A stretch of 64,000 nucleotides of DNA from Candidatus Woykebacteria bacterium (GCA_040876345.1 JBBDPM010000001.1:116688-180687); one strand, 5' to 3'; positions 54,883 to 64,000 are shown, counted from the stretch's first letter. Notes: generated by a model from the sequence alone, not told the origin. A program made the numbers and translations.

Positions 54883-55482
54883 ATGAGAAAATTTATTGAG
54901 TTAGCAGCAAGTTCAGCATTAATAATTGGGTCTGCAGTCGGTCTTAGACTTATACCGCATATGCCAAACTTTGCTCCAGTTGGGGCAATGGCTCTTTTTG
55001 GCGGTGCTTATCTGCCTAGAAAATACGCTCTATTGGCTCTATTTGCAGTGATGCTGGTCTCCGATTATCTACTTCTCTACTTTCACCCCTTCTCGGCGGA
55101 TCTAGTTGATTTTTCTAGGTTCTATGGACCATCCAGCCTTATTCATTCGACGACAGTTTTTGTCTACGTAAGTTTCTTCATTAATTTCCTAATCGGCCGT
55201 TGGATTGCTCGGAAAAGATCAGTTGAAAGAGTGGCAGCTGGGGCATTGGCAGCGTCAATTCAATTTTTCATTGTTACAAACTTTGGTGTCTGGGTTGCTG
55301 GTGGCTACTCTAGATATCTCTACGGGCTTTTGCAAAGCTACATTATGGCCTTGCCATTTTTCCGGGGGACACTTTTTGGAGACCTTTTTTACACAGGGCT
55401 TTTCTTTGGCAGTTATGAGGTGGTAAAATCTCTAATTGTTAGAAGAAGTTTGGCTCATAAGGAGGCTAAAGTTTATGGCTAA
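54883..55482 (+). CDS. ECF-transporter S-component-like membrane protein (solitary)
   Basis: The N-terminal ALIIGSAVGLRLIPHMPNFAPVGAMALFGGAYL matches the ECF S-component (PF12822-like) start. 5-6 TM helices, 199 aa. Confidence 0.45.
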   Translation: MRKFIELAASSALIIGSAVGLRLIPHMPNFAPVGAMALFGGAYLPRKYALLALFAVMLVSDYLLLYFHPFSADLVDFSRFYGPSSLIHSTTVFVYVSFFINFLIGRWIARKRSVERVAAGALAASIQFFIVTNFGVWVAGGYSRYLYGLLQSYIMALPFFRGTLFGDLFYTGLFFGSYEVVKSLIVRRSLAHKEAKVYG

Positions 55483-55717
55483 ATCAGAGGAGACCTTTAA
55501 AGTTCGTGGGGAAGACGTAATTAAGAAAGTTAAAGAACTTATTAAAGAAGGCAACGTCCGAAAGATTACTATAAAAGACAAAGCTGGCAAAACCATTGCT
55601 GAGTTTCCCCTGACTATCGGAGTTCTTGGCACTTTGATCGCCCCAATCTTGGCAGCAGTTGGGGCAATTGCTGCTCTAGTGGCTGAATGCACGATTGCAG
55701 TTGAGCGTAGAGAATGA
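55475..55717 (+). CDS. DUF4342-domain protein
   Basis: SD AAGGAGG before the ATG at 55475. Pattern VRGEDVIKKVKELIKEGNVRKITIKDKAGKTIAEFPLTIGVLG..AAVGAIAALV typical of DUF4342. Confidence 0.55.
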   Translation: MAKSEETFKVRGEDVIKKVKELIKEGNVRKITIKDKAGKTIAEFPLTIGVLGTLIAPILAAVGAIAALVAECTIAVERRE

Positions 55718-56643
55718 GGATTGTTTCCACTCTTCCGACTGCCACCGAAATCATTTATCAGCTAGGATTAGGATCTAGCTTGGTTGGTGTTTCCCACGAA
55801 TGCAACTACCCTAAAGAAGCTTCTAAAAAACCCAGAGTTTCCAAGGTTGATTTTGATTACGGCACTGCTGCATCTTCCGAAATTGACGACTATGTTGGTG
55901 AAAAGATGCACAATCACCATAGTCTTTATCAGCTAAAGGACGAATTGGTTACCGCTCTTGCCCCAACCCATTTAATTACTCAAAAACTTTGTGATGTGTG
56001 TGCTGTTACACCAAACGATGTTCAGAGAGTTATTAAGTCACTAACAGAAAAACCAGAACTAATAACTTTAAATCCAACAAACCTCGAAGAAATCCTTAAA
56101 GATATTCTAATGGTCGGCTCTTCCTTGGGTCGGGGCAAGGAAGCTATCGAACTGGTAGAGAAATTGCGGTCAAAGATTGAACAAATAAAACTTAAAACTC
56201 ATAAGCTTCAGCGTAAAACTATCTTTTGCGTTGAATGGATCGATCCGCCGTATGCATCAGGACATTGGATACCGGAAATGGTTGATATTGCTGGCGGATC
56301 CGAAGTTCTCGGTTGGAAGGGGAAGCCCTCCCGAAAGGTTAGCTGGGAGGATGTGCTAAAAGCCGATCCAGAAATTTTGGTTTTTATGCCCTGTGGCTTT
56401 TCACTAGAGAAAACAATATTGGAAATTCGAAACTGCTTGTCTAAAGATTCAGCGTTCAGGAGTCTTAGGGCTATTAGAAATATTCAGGTTTGGGTCGTGG
56501 ATGGACCAAGTTACTTTAATCAATCAGGACCTCGAGTGCTTGCCAAAGGAGTTGAGATCCTTGCCAAAATAATCCACCCTGAGGTTTTTGAATCTCCAAC
56601 AAAAGCTGAAGCAACAAAACTTTCCTCAACTTACTTTCTCTAA
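55714..56643 (+). CDS. BtuF-like cobalamin / class III periplasmic-binding-protein fold protein, with no signal peptide
   Basis: RIVSTLPTATEIIYQLGLGSSLVGVSHECNYP aligns with the BtuF N-terminus ([30 protein letters not shown]). The C-terminal ..GPRVLAKGVEILAKII matches ..SPRIILAAQQL. It starts directly at MRIV with no leader peptide. Confidence 0.55.
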   Translation: MRIVSTLPTATEIIYQLGLGSSLVGVSHECNYPKEASKKPRVSKVDFDYGTAASSEIDDYVGEKMHNHHSLYQLKDELVTALAPTHLITQKLCDVCAVTPNDVQRVIKSLTEKPELITLNPTNLEEILKDILMVGSSLGRGKEAIELVEKLRSKIEQIKLKTHKLQRKTIFCVEWIDPPYASGHWIPEMVDIAGGSEVLGWKGKPSRKVSWEDVLKADPEILVFMPCGFSLEKTILEIRNCLSKDSAFRSLRAIRNIQVWVVDGPSYFNQSGPRVLAKGVEILAKIIHPEVFESPTKAEATKLSSTYFL

Positions 56644-56676
56644 AGCTGATTTTCAGGTATAATCTAAAAGTCTCCT

Positions 56677-57441
56677 ATGGAAGAATTTAAAAAAGTTGCG
56701 CTTGAGGCTGTAAAAAAAGCTGAGGAAAGAATCCTTTTTTACTACAAGAAACAAATTGAGATAGAAATGAAGGAAAATCTTTCCCCGGTTACCAAAGCGG
56801 ATAAAGAGGCAGAAGAAGTCATTATCGATACTATCCGTAAAAAATTCCCAAGCCATGGTTTTTTTGGTGAAGAGTTTGGTAAAGATAATGAAGATGCAGA
56901 ATTTGTTTGGATAATAGACCCAGTTGACGGAACAAAATGTTTTATTCATGGAATAGATCTTTTCGGAACGGTGCTTGGCCTGCAACACGAGGGGAAAATA
57001 GTTCTTGGAGTTTCCAACATGCCAGCTATTGGTGAGCTTATTTTTGCATCAACGCTAGAAAAAACTACTTTAAATGGTAAGCCCGCTCAAGTCTCAAAAA
57101 ATGATAATTTAAAGGATGCTTTCGTAACTTTTAGTTCTAGCAATTTTAAAGAAGAATGGTACCTAAGAGCGGTTCAAGAAATAGATAAAAGAGCCTACCA
57201 AATGAGAGGCTATGGCGATACTTATGGTTATCATTTAGTGGCAACGGGCCGAGCCGATGTTATGTATGAAAATGGTCCAAAGCCCTGGGATATATCGGCC
57301 TACCAGATTATAATTAAGCAGGCAGGTGGTAGACATACTAACTTTTTTGGAGAGGAAACTATTGAAGGACCAACCTCATTAGCCACAAATGGTATTTTGC
57401 ATGACGAAATGCTAGGAATTTTTAAGGGGGCACATGACTAA
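56677..57441 (+). CDS. Inositol-monophosphatase-family protein (possible IMPase/FBPase)
   Basis: Metal-binding motifs E(E)..WIIDPVDGT and the second Asp motif. 254 aa. Confidence 0.8.
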   Translation: MEEFKKVALEAVKKAEERILFYYKKQIEIEMKENLSPVTKADKEAEEVIIDTIRKKFPSHGFFGEEFGKDNEDAEFVWIIDPVDGTKCFIHGIDLFGTVLGLQHEGKIVLGVSNMPAIGELIFASTLEKTTLNGKPAQVSKNDNLKDAFVTFSSSNFKEEWYLRAVQEIDKRAYQMRGYGDTYGYHLVATGRADVMYENGPKPWDISAYQIIIKQAGGRHTNFFGEETIEGPTSLATNGILHDEMLGIFKGAHD

Positions 57442-58822
57442 ACTCAATAAATACATGTTCCGTGAATATGATATTCGTGGAAAAGAAAGTAAAGATGAGT
57501 TAAACAGGGGCACAGTAAGTTTAATCGCTAAAGCATACGGCACTTTTTTGATAAAAAGAGGTATTAATGATGCTGTAGTTGGGCATGATAATAGAGAGAC
57601 TTCTAAGGAGTTTTACGAAGCATCAATCGAGGGTCTAAAGAGCTGCGGGGTTAATGTTATCGGTATTGGTATGGGCTTAACCCCAATGATGTATTGGTCT
57701 CAATATCACTTTAAGGTTAAAGGTGGGATTATGATAACAGCGAGCCATAATCCGGCTGGGTGGAATGGTCTTAAACTTGCTTACGGGTATTCTTACACTC
57801 TGATTGGTGATGAACTTTCCGAAATACTAAAAACAACTGAGTCAGAGGATTTTGCGACAGGAGTGGGGAAGTTTCGAGCGGAAAATATATCTGATAAGTA
57901 TGCTTATGATATTTTGGGAAAGGCAGAGCTTAGTAAAAAACTAAAAATTGTAGTCAACACTGCAAATGCTACAAGTAGTTTCTTCTCCCCTGGATTATTT
58001 AAAAAATTTGGGTGCGAAGTGGTCGAACACAACACTAATCCAGACCCAAACTACCCAAACTATGTACCAAACCCGGCAAATGTGGAAATGATGGAAGACA
58101 CTGGTAAGCAGGTGGTTAAAAATAAAGCAGATGTTGGTATAGCGATTGATGCAGATGGAGATAGATTGGGAGTTACGGATGAAAAAGGCCAGACTATTTG
58201 GCCAGACAGATGGTTAATTCTACTTTCCCGATTAGTTTTGGAAAAACACCCAGGAGCAAAAATTATTTTTGATGTTAAGGTCTCAGAGTCACTACCGGAG
58301 GATATTAAGGCTCATGGTGGAGTGCCGATAATGTGGAAAACCGGGCACTCTTATATTAAAGAAAAACTTCATGAGGAGAAAGCAAGTTTGGCGGGTGAGC
58401 AATCTGGTCACGTGTTCTTTGTAGATGATTTTTATGGATTTGACGATGCCAATTTCGCAGCTCTAAAGCTTTTGGAATACATATCTACACAAGCTGAGCC
58501 CCTTTCCAAAATTGTTGCAGAAACTCCTTATTATGTTTCCACACCGGCTTACCACGCGAAAGTAGCCGATGAAGTAAAATATAAGATAGTTGATAGATTA
58601 ACAGATGAATTTAAATCAGAAGGATATAGAGTTGTGGATATAAACGGAGCCAGGGTTTATCTTAAGGGTGGTTGGGGTTTAGTACGTGCCTCATCGAATC
58701 TTCCCGCATTAGTCCTTCGTTTTGAAGCAAAAAACGAAGACAGTCTGAAAGAAATCGAAAACCTTTTTAAAGAGAAATTAGAAAAATTTAGTGACGTTTC
58801 TAAAGAATGGGAGTCGGCTTAA
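57434..58822 (+). CDS. Phosphomannomutase / phosphoglucomutase
   Basis: Active-site phosphoserine loop TASHNPAGWNG and Mg site DADGDR. 462 aa. Confidence 0.85.
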   Translation: MTKLNKYMFREYDIRGKESKDELNRGTVSLIAKAYGTFLIKRGINDAVVGHDNRETSKEFYEASIEGLKSCGVNVIGIGMGLTPMMYWSQYHFKVKGGIMITASHNPAGWNGLKLAYGYSYTLIGDELSEILKTTESEDFATGVGKFRAENISDKYAYDILGKAELSKKLKIVVNTANATSSFFSPGLFKKFGCEVVEHNTNPDPNYPNYVPNPANVEMMEDTGKQVVKNKADVGIAIDADGDRLGVTDEKGQTIWPDRWLILLSRLVLEKHPGAKIIFDVKVSESLPEDIKAHGGVPIMWKTGHSYIKEKLHEEKASLAGEQSGHVFFVDDFYGFDDANFAALKLLEYISTQAEPLSKIVAETPYYVSTPAYHAKVADEVKYKIVDRLTDEFKSEGYRVVDINGARVYLKGGWGLVRASSNLPALVLRFEAKNEDSLKEIENLFKEKLEKFSDVSKEWESA

Positions 58823-59593
58823 ATGACTAAAGAACTAGAAGTCGCGATAAAAGCAGCAAAAATAGCCGGTGAGACTCTTGAATACCATTTCGAAACTCTT
58901 CTGGAACGCAAGCAAAAAGAGGATAAGTCACTGGTTACCAAGGCAGACTTGGAAGCTGACGATATAATCATCAAAGAAATTAAAGAAAATTTCCCCACCC
59001 ACGCGATTCTAAGCGAAGAAAAGGGTTTAATAGATGGCGACGAAAAGTATCTGTGGGTTATTGACCCGCTTGATGGAACCACGAATTTTGCCAGGGGTAT
59101 ACCAGTGTTCTCCACGTCAATTGCTTTTCTTGAGGAAGGAGAAGCAAAAATCTCAGTGGTTTATAATCCGGTAACAAATTCACTGTTTACCGCTGAGAAG
59201 GATAACAGTGCTTATTGGAATGGTGAGAAACTTCAGGTTTCGGAAATTTCTGATCTTTCTAAATCTCTGGTATCTATCGGTAGAGCTCGTGACGTCGAAA
59301 ACAAAGAGAAGATGTCCGGAATATTTAACAAATTATATTTTAAGATTTCTAGCCAGAGAATTCTTGGTAGTGCTGCCCTGGAACTAGCCTGGGTTGCTTC
59401 TGGCAGACTCGAAGGTTTTATCTCAGTTGGATTGCAAAATTGGGACGTGGCTGGGGGACTGCTTTTGGTATCTGAAGCTGGCGGTAAAATCACAAACTTT
59501 AATGGAGATAGTCTTGGGAAAGATGATAAACACTTTGTGGCGTCGAACGGCAGAATCCATAACGAGCTTCTTGAGACTCTAAAGTCAGATTAA
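58823..59593 (+). CDS. Inositol-monophosphatase-family protein (second paralog)
   Basis: LWVIDPLDGTTNF motif. 256 aa. Confidence 0.8.
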   Translation: MTKELEVAIKAAKIAGETLEYHFETLLERKQKEDKSLVTKADLEADDIIIKEIKENFPTHAILSEEKGLIDGDEKYLWVIDPLDGTTNFARGIPVFSTSIAFLEEGEAKISVVYNPVTNSLFTAEKDNSAYWNGEKLQVSEISDLSKSLVSIGRARDVENKEKMSGIFNKLYFKISSQRILGSAALELAWVASGRLEGFISVGLQNWDVAGGLLLVSEAGGKITNFNGDSLGKDDKHFVASNGRIHNELLETLKSD

Positions 59594-59762
59594 TCCACTT
59601 TTGTCTGAATTTGTCCGTTGACAAAGAAATTGCTATTTAGGTAAACTAAAAACAGACCCATTTTACTGACCGCAACCGGAAGTAAAGGTAATTTTCTAAC
59701 TGCCTAAGTCATAAGTAATTTAAAATCTTAAGTGTATATCTGCTGCCCACAGAAACTGCACC

Positions 59763-61046
59763 GTGAGATCAAACACAACTCTAGAAAATAACTTTACTAA
59801 TTCAGCCTATACTAATATTCTTTCAAAAATTAAAAATCGTAAAGTCAGAGTCGGTGTTGTCGGTGTAGGTTACGTAGGCCAAGCTTTGGTCGAAGCACTT
59901 CTGGCGGAGAGATTTGAGACGGTCGGGTTTGATTTAAATGAATCAAAGCTGGCTAGTATTAACCACCCTCTTTTTTCACCAACGACGAGTGTAACTAATT
60001 TGTCAAAGTGCGAAGTTATTTGTATTTGCGTGCCTACGCCAGTTGATGAAGATCGTCGCCCCGATATTTCGGACTTAGAAAAAGCTTCTTTTGACATTGC
60101 TAGATTAGAAAAAAAGGAAAGATTGGTAGTTGTCGAAAGCACTGTTTCTCCGGGGACACTACGAAAAAAAGTCTTGCCAATTTTTGAAAAAGCCCTTTGG
60201 AAAGGGGGTAATAACTTGTTCCTGGCTATATCTCCAGAACGCATTGATCCAGGAAATAAAAGTTTTACCTTAAAAAACACTCCGAAGATTGTTGGGGGAA
60301 TTGATGAGCGCTCAACTCGGCTTGCAGTCGAGCTCTACTCTGCCATCGTCGAAAAAGTAGTCCCGACTACAACCCCCGAAATAGCTGAATTTTCAAAGAT
60401 GTTGGAAAATACTTACCGGCTTGTGAACATAAGTTTAATCAACCAAATTAAAGGGTATGCTGATGCTGCCGGTATTGATATTTGGGAAGCGATTGAGGCA
60501 GCTTCCACAAAGCCATTTGCCTTTATGGCGCACTACCCCGGTCCCGGAGTTGGAGGACACTGCATACCAGTTGACCCTGTTTATCTTTTGGAAGAAGCAA
60601 AAAATTACGGAATAAATCTTGGCATGGTTGAAGAAGCCGTCAGGATAAATGAAGAGCAGCCTAAAAAAGTGATAAGTGAAGCAAAGAAAAAGTTGAATGG
60701 GCATACAGCCGGTAGAGCCCCAAAAATGTTGCTGCTTGGTATTGCCTATAAACCCGGAACTGCGGATACTAGAGAGTCTCCGGCGATAAAAATTATTCAT
60801 GAAGCCGAAAAAGAGGGCTTTGAAGTTTCTTACTTTGACCCCTACGTTCCAAAACTTAATGGTTATAACTCGCGCTTTTTAACTCGGGAGCTTTTGGAGG
60901 AACAGGATGTTGTAGTGATAGCGACTCATCACGCCAACATTCCGTATGAGCTTATTGTAAATCTAGACAAGCCGGTTATTGACACTAGAAACATTCTAAG
61001 AAGTTATCACCAGAGCGTTTTAAACCCGAATGGAGAGTATACGTGA
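59763..61046 (+). CDS. Nucleotide-sugar dehydrogenase (UDP-glucose 6-dehydrogenase family)
   Basis: N-terminal Rossmann GVVGVGYVGQ and the catalytic Cys region (GPGVGGHCIPVDP). The true start is probably internal. Confidence 0.85.
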   Translation: MRSNTTLENNFTNSAYTNILSKIKNRKVRVGVVGVGYVGQALVEALLAERFETVGFDLNESKLASINHPLFSPTTSVTNLSKCEVICICVPTPVDEDRRPDISDLEKASFDIARLEKKERLVVVESTVSPGTLRKKVLPIFEKALWKGGNNLFLAISPERIDPGNKSFTLKNTPKIVGGIDERSTRLAVELYSAIVEKVVPTTTPEIAEFSKMLENTYRLVNISLINQIKGYADAAGIDIWEAIEAASTKPFAFMAHYPGPGVGGHCIPVDPVYLLEEAKNYGINLGMVEEAVRINEEQPKKVISEAKKKLNGHTAGRAPKMLLLGIAYKPGTADTRESPAIKIIHEAEKEGFEVSYFDPYVPKLNGYNSRFLTRELLEEQDVVVIATHHANIPYELIVNLDKPVIDTRNILRSYHQSVLNPNGEYT

Positions 61047-61993
61047 AAATATTAGTTACTGGGGCAGCCGGATTTATCGGCACAAACCTAGGCGAGCGCC
61101 TTTTAGAAGAGGAAAACGAGGTTGTCGGTATCGATAATTTTATCACTGGTTCGAGAAAAAATGCTCAAAGACTTTCCCGGCATCCTAGTTTTACTTTTTT
61201 AGAAGCAGATATTTCAAAGCTTGACCCTGTCAAGCTGCAAAACCTTAAGGGTCATAATTTTGATGAAATCTACCATTTGGCCTGCCCAACTGGTGTACCG
61301 AATTTAGGGCCACTGGCGGAAGAGATGCTTCTTGCAAGCTCGGCCGGCACAAAAAATATTTTAGACGTTTCTAAAGAAAGTAAATCAAGATTTTTATTCA
61401 CTAGTTCTTCAGAAATCTATGGCGATCCAGAAGTTTTTCCACAAACCGAGGGCTACACTGGTAATGTAGACCCAGTTGGGCTAAGGAGCCCTTATGAAGA
61501 GGGAAAACGCTTTGCCGAAAGTTTGGCAGCCGCCTACGCTCGAAAATATGATCTGGACTTAAAAATCACTCGGGTCTTCAATACTTACGGCCCCTTTATG
61601 TCTGAAAAAGATCTGCGTGTAATACCGATGTTTGCCAAGCAAATTGAGGAAGGCTCACCGCTTTCCGTGCATGGCGATGGCCAGCAAAAGAGAACCTTTT
61701 GCTACATAAATGATCTAGTTGATGGGTTAGTTTTGGTCCTGAGAAAGGGGAAAAAGGGAGAAGTCTATAACATTGGCAGTGACGAAGAAATTAATATACT
61801 TGACCTTGCTAAACTTGTAGCTAAGATTTCTGGATCAGGTATAAAGATTGAATTTCGAGACCGTCCTGAACACGATCATGAAGCAAGGCTTCCTGATCTT
61901 TCTAAGATCAAATCTCTTGGTTGGTCCCCAAAGATCAATCTTGACGAAGGACTTTCCCTCACCCTAAAAAGCCTCGAATCTGCTAAAATGTAA
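61043..61993 (+). CDS. UDP-glucuronate decarboxylase (UDP-xylose synthase)-like NAD-dependent epimerase/dehydratase
   Basis: GAAGFIG, YHLACP, RVFNTYGP and DGQQKRTFCYINDLVDG parallel the UXS motifs. Confidence 0.7.
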   Translation: MKILVTGAAGFIGTNLGERLLEEENEVVGIDNFITGSRKNAQRLSRHPSFTFLEADISKLDPVKLQNLKGHNFDEIYHLACPTGVPNLGPLAEEMLLASSAGTKNILDVSKESKSRFLFTSSSEIYGDPEVFPQTEGYTGNVDPVGLRSPYEEGKRFAESLAAAYARKYDLDLKITRVFNTYGPFMSEKDLRVIPMFAKQIEEGSPLSVHGDGQQKRTFCYINDLVDGLVLVLRKGKKGEVYNIGSDEEINILDLAKLVAKISGSGIKIEFRDRPEHDHEARLPDLSKIKSLGWSPKINLDEGLSLTLKSLESAKM

Positions 61994-61998
61994 ACTTT

Positions 61999-63282
61999 AT
62001 GAAACCAATTTCACCCTTTGGACTGCCAATCGGGATAAGTATCGCATTTTGGTCACTTGTTGGAATTGCTAGATTTTTCTACGAAAAGTTTATCGCAATA
62101 CCAAAAAAAACCTCGTTCACCCGTTACAAAATTTCCGATATCGCCGCAATCTTGCCGGCTCATAACGAAGAGCTAGTAATAAAAGATTGTATTCAGGCTC
62201 TGAAAGATTCTGGGCTTATGCAAAATCAAATATATGTTGCTTCCGATGGGTCTATCGATAAAACAACAAAATTGGCAAAGAAGGAAAGAGTAAACGTAGT
62301 GGATATTAATCCAGGAAAAGGCAAGGCGAAGGCTTTAGTTTATCTCATTGAACACTTTAATCTATACGAGAGATACAAGTTAATATTTATAATCGACGCC
62401 GACACGAGGGTGGATAAAGAGTTTGTTAAAAGAGCCTTGCCCTTCTTTAACAATCCCGAGATTGGAGTAGTTTTTGCAGCATCAAGGATAGTCTGGCCAC
62501 CACACATTATTCCACGTCTTAAGCTGTATTTTGTTGCTTACCGGGAACGTTTAAACCGCATGCTTCAATATTTATTAATTTATGGACAGACTTGGAAGTT
62601 TGCTAGTGTAAATTACGTAATCCCAGGCTTTTGTACAATTTACCGATCAAATGTTTTGAGTCAACTAGAAATAGATACTCCCGGACTTTTAATTGAAGAT
62701 TTCAACCTAGCATTTCAGTTTCACAAGAAAAAAGTAGGTAAGCTTGGATTTAATCACCAACTTATTGGTTGGGATCAATATCCAGATAATTTGATGGATT
62801 ATGTAAAACAAGTAAGGCGGTGGAACATAGGTTTTTTCCAGACGGTTCGTAAAAATGGAGTCTGGCCATCATTTTTTTGGCTTACGCTTTTTGTATTTTC
62901 AACTGAAGTCTTGCTTAATTCAGTTTTTGTGCTCTTTCTACCGCTCCTTCTACTTTATCTCACCTCACCCTGGATACCCTTTTCTAGTGACGTGCTTAAT
63001 TCGTTTTCAAATTTGTATAGTAATTTTGGACCGTATAGAAATTTAACTTTGGGTGATATCTGGCTGGGAACTTTTCTGATAGATTACTTATTTACAGTTG
63101 CGATCGGCTTGATTACCCGCAAGCCTCAGTTTATAATTTACGGACTGTTCTTTTTTATTATGCACTTTATTGTGTCCGCAGTTTTACTAAGCTCAATAAT
63201 ACCCGGTTTTTTTGGGAAATCGGCTGGTCGTTGGGTACCGCCGACAAGAAGCGCTGAACAGCTTGGAGGAGCCGGTGGATAA
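61999..63282 (+). CDS. Family 2 glycosyltransferase with a C-terminal multi-TM domain
   Basis: GT2 DxD region (IFIIDADTRVD) and a Q/RxxRW-like (VRRWNIG) motif, followed by 4-5 TM helices. Confidence 0.7.
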   Translation: MKPISPFGLPIGISIAFWSLVGIARFFYEKFIAIPKKTSFTRYKISDIAAILPAHNEELVIKDCIQALKDSGLMQNQIYVASDGSIDKTTKLAKKERVNVVDINPGKGKAKALVYLIEHFNLYERYKLIFIIDADTRVDKEFVKRALPFFNNPEIGVVFAASRIVWPPHIIPRLKLYFVAYRERLNRMLQYLLIYGQTWKFASVNYVIPGFCTIYRSNVLSQLEIDTPGLLIEDFNLAFQFHKKKVGKLGFNHQLIGWDQYPDNLMDYVKQVRRWNIGFFQTVRKNGVWPSFFWLTLFVFSTEVLLNSVFVLFLPLLLLYLTSPWIPFSSDVLNSFSNLYSNFGPYRNLTLGDIWLGTFLIDYLFTVAIGLITRKPQFIIYGLFFFIMHFIVSAVLLSSIIPGFFGKSAGRWVPPTRSAEQLGGAGG

Positions 63283-64000
63283 GAAAAAGGTTTTAGCAGT
63301 CGGTGCTCATCCTGATGACATGGAACAGTTTGCCGGAGGTACGTTGGCTCTGCTTACTAAAGAAGGCCATGAAGTCTTAATCGCTGCTATGACCGCTGGG
63401 GAATGTGGATCACGAGAGTTGCTAGATAGCGAAGTTGTCGAGGTTCGCAGAAAAGAATCTGAGGAAGGGGCGAAAATAATTGGAGCAAAATTTACTAACC
63501 TTGGTATTAGAGACGGGAGTTTAAGTTATGATTTGGAAACCAGCAAAAAAATGGTGAAATTAATCCGCGAATTTGCCCCAGACATAATTATCACCCATCC
63601 AGTGATTGACTACATGGCCGATCACGCTCACACGGGCCGCTTAGTTTTGTGGGCGGTTCCAGAAGCAACTCACAAGAATTTCCCGGCCGATACAAAAGCT
63701 TCTTCACTAACCACTATGTCTCATATTTATCATACTGATCCGCAAGGTTTGATTGGGCCAGATGGGCAGATTGTCCGGGTGAACACGATCGTTGATATTT
63801 CTGAGACTATAGAACAAAAACTCAAAGCTTTCGCTGCTCACAACAGCCAAATGGGGTTTTTGGAAAAAGGAAAGATAAATGCGGTTGAGAAAACTCGCCG
63901 ATGGGCGATTGCCCGAGGGCAACAGGTGCGGGTTGAGTATGGCGAAGGTTTCTACCAAGAACTTCTTGAAGAATACCCCCGCAAAAATATCCTTGTTGAA
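63275..64000 (+). CDS. PIG-L / LmbE-family N-acetylglucosaminyl deacetylase (3' end outside the window)
   Basis: GTG start overlapping the GT2 stop. AHPDDME zinc-binding motif. The ORF is open to the end of the window. Confidence 0.7.
   Translation, partial: MDKKKVLAVGAHPDDMEQFAGGTLALLTKEGHEVLIAAMTAGECGSRELLDSEVVEVRRKESEEGAKIIGAKFTNLGIRDGSLSYDLETSKKMVKLIREFAPDIIITHPVIDYMADHAHTGRLVLWAVPEATHKNFPADTKASSLTTMSHIYHTDPQGLIGPDGQIVRVNTIVDISETIEQKLKAFAAHNSQMGFLEKGKINAVEKTRRWAIARGQQVRVEYGEGFYQELLEEYPRKNILVE

Noticed and set aside
1-64000. CRISPR arrays, rRNA or tRNA genes, integrases or transposases
   Set aside because: I saw no regularly spaced direct repeats. I saw no rRNA-like conserved stretches, and no GGTTCGAATCC-type T-arms in any intergenic region. 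No DDE or tyrosine-recombinase motifs were found in any ORF.

Overview
This 64-kb window is AT-rich (about 40% GC), gene-dense, and has many 4-nt start/stop overlaps. The gene content is typical of a reduced, probably CPR/Patescibacteria-like bacterium; that placement is an inference. One stretch (37.3-48.1 kb) encodes central carbon metabolism: gap, rpiB, rpe, a split transketolase, a class II aldolase, a PfkB-family sugar kinase and an archaeal-type PGI/PMI. Two IMPase-family genes flank a PMM/PGM nearby. Housekeeping genes (aspS, gltX, typA, trxB, msrB, bcp) are scattered through the window.

Three regions stand out:

1. An 11-kb minus-strand type IV pilus operon (7.8-18.6 kb). It runs histidine kinase, response regulator, pilB, pilC, pseudopilin, an 859-aa pilin-like giant, pseudopilin, a PilX-like protein, a PilM-like protein with a C-terminal LytR_C-like domain, and the major pilin. 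The giant protein carries tandem Cys repeats, a dockerin-like module and LVIVD-type beta-propeller repeats. A roughly 0.85-kb GC-rich (55-60% GC) gene with a strong Shine-Dalgarno sequence sits on the opposite strand between pilB and pilC.

2. An accessory stretch (23.1-34.7 kb). It holds a solitary Cas4/RecB-like nuclease, BrnT/BrnA, VapBC and Phd/YefM-RelE toxin-antitoxin pairs, a standalone LigD 3'-phosphoesterase, an AlkD-like glycosylase, and three GC-rich patches of apparent foreign origin.

3. The most interesting locus (49.1-56.6 kb). nrdR and a B12-dependent class II ribonucleotide reductase (nrdJ) are followed by a putative corrinoid-acquisition cluster. This comprises a DUF4430 (transcobalamin beta-domain-like) protein, an alpha/alpha-toroid QxxDGGW-repeat protein with an LPDTG sorting signal, an ECF-S-component-like membrane protein, DUF4342, and a BtuF-like binding protein without a signal peptide. 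A highly structured leader precedes the DUF4430 gene. It has elements resembling a cobalamin-riboswitch core, then an intrinsic terminator and an RBS-sequestering hairpin.

Other observations: a vapB antitoxin frameshifted in an A-run, a cupredoxin-like gene whose membrane anchor lies upstream of its ATG, and a UDP-xylose/glycosyltransferase cluster at the 3' end. No rRNA, tRNA or CRISPR array was recognised.
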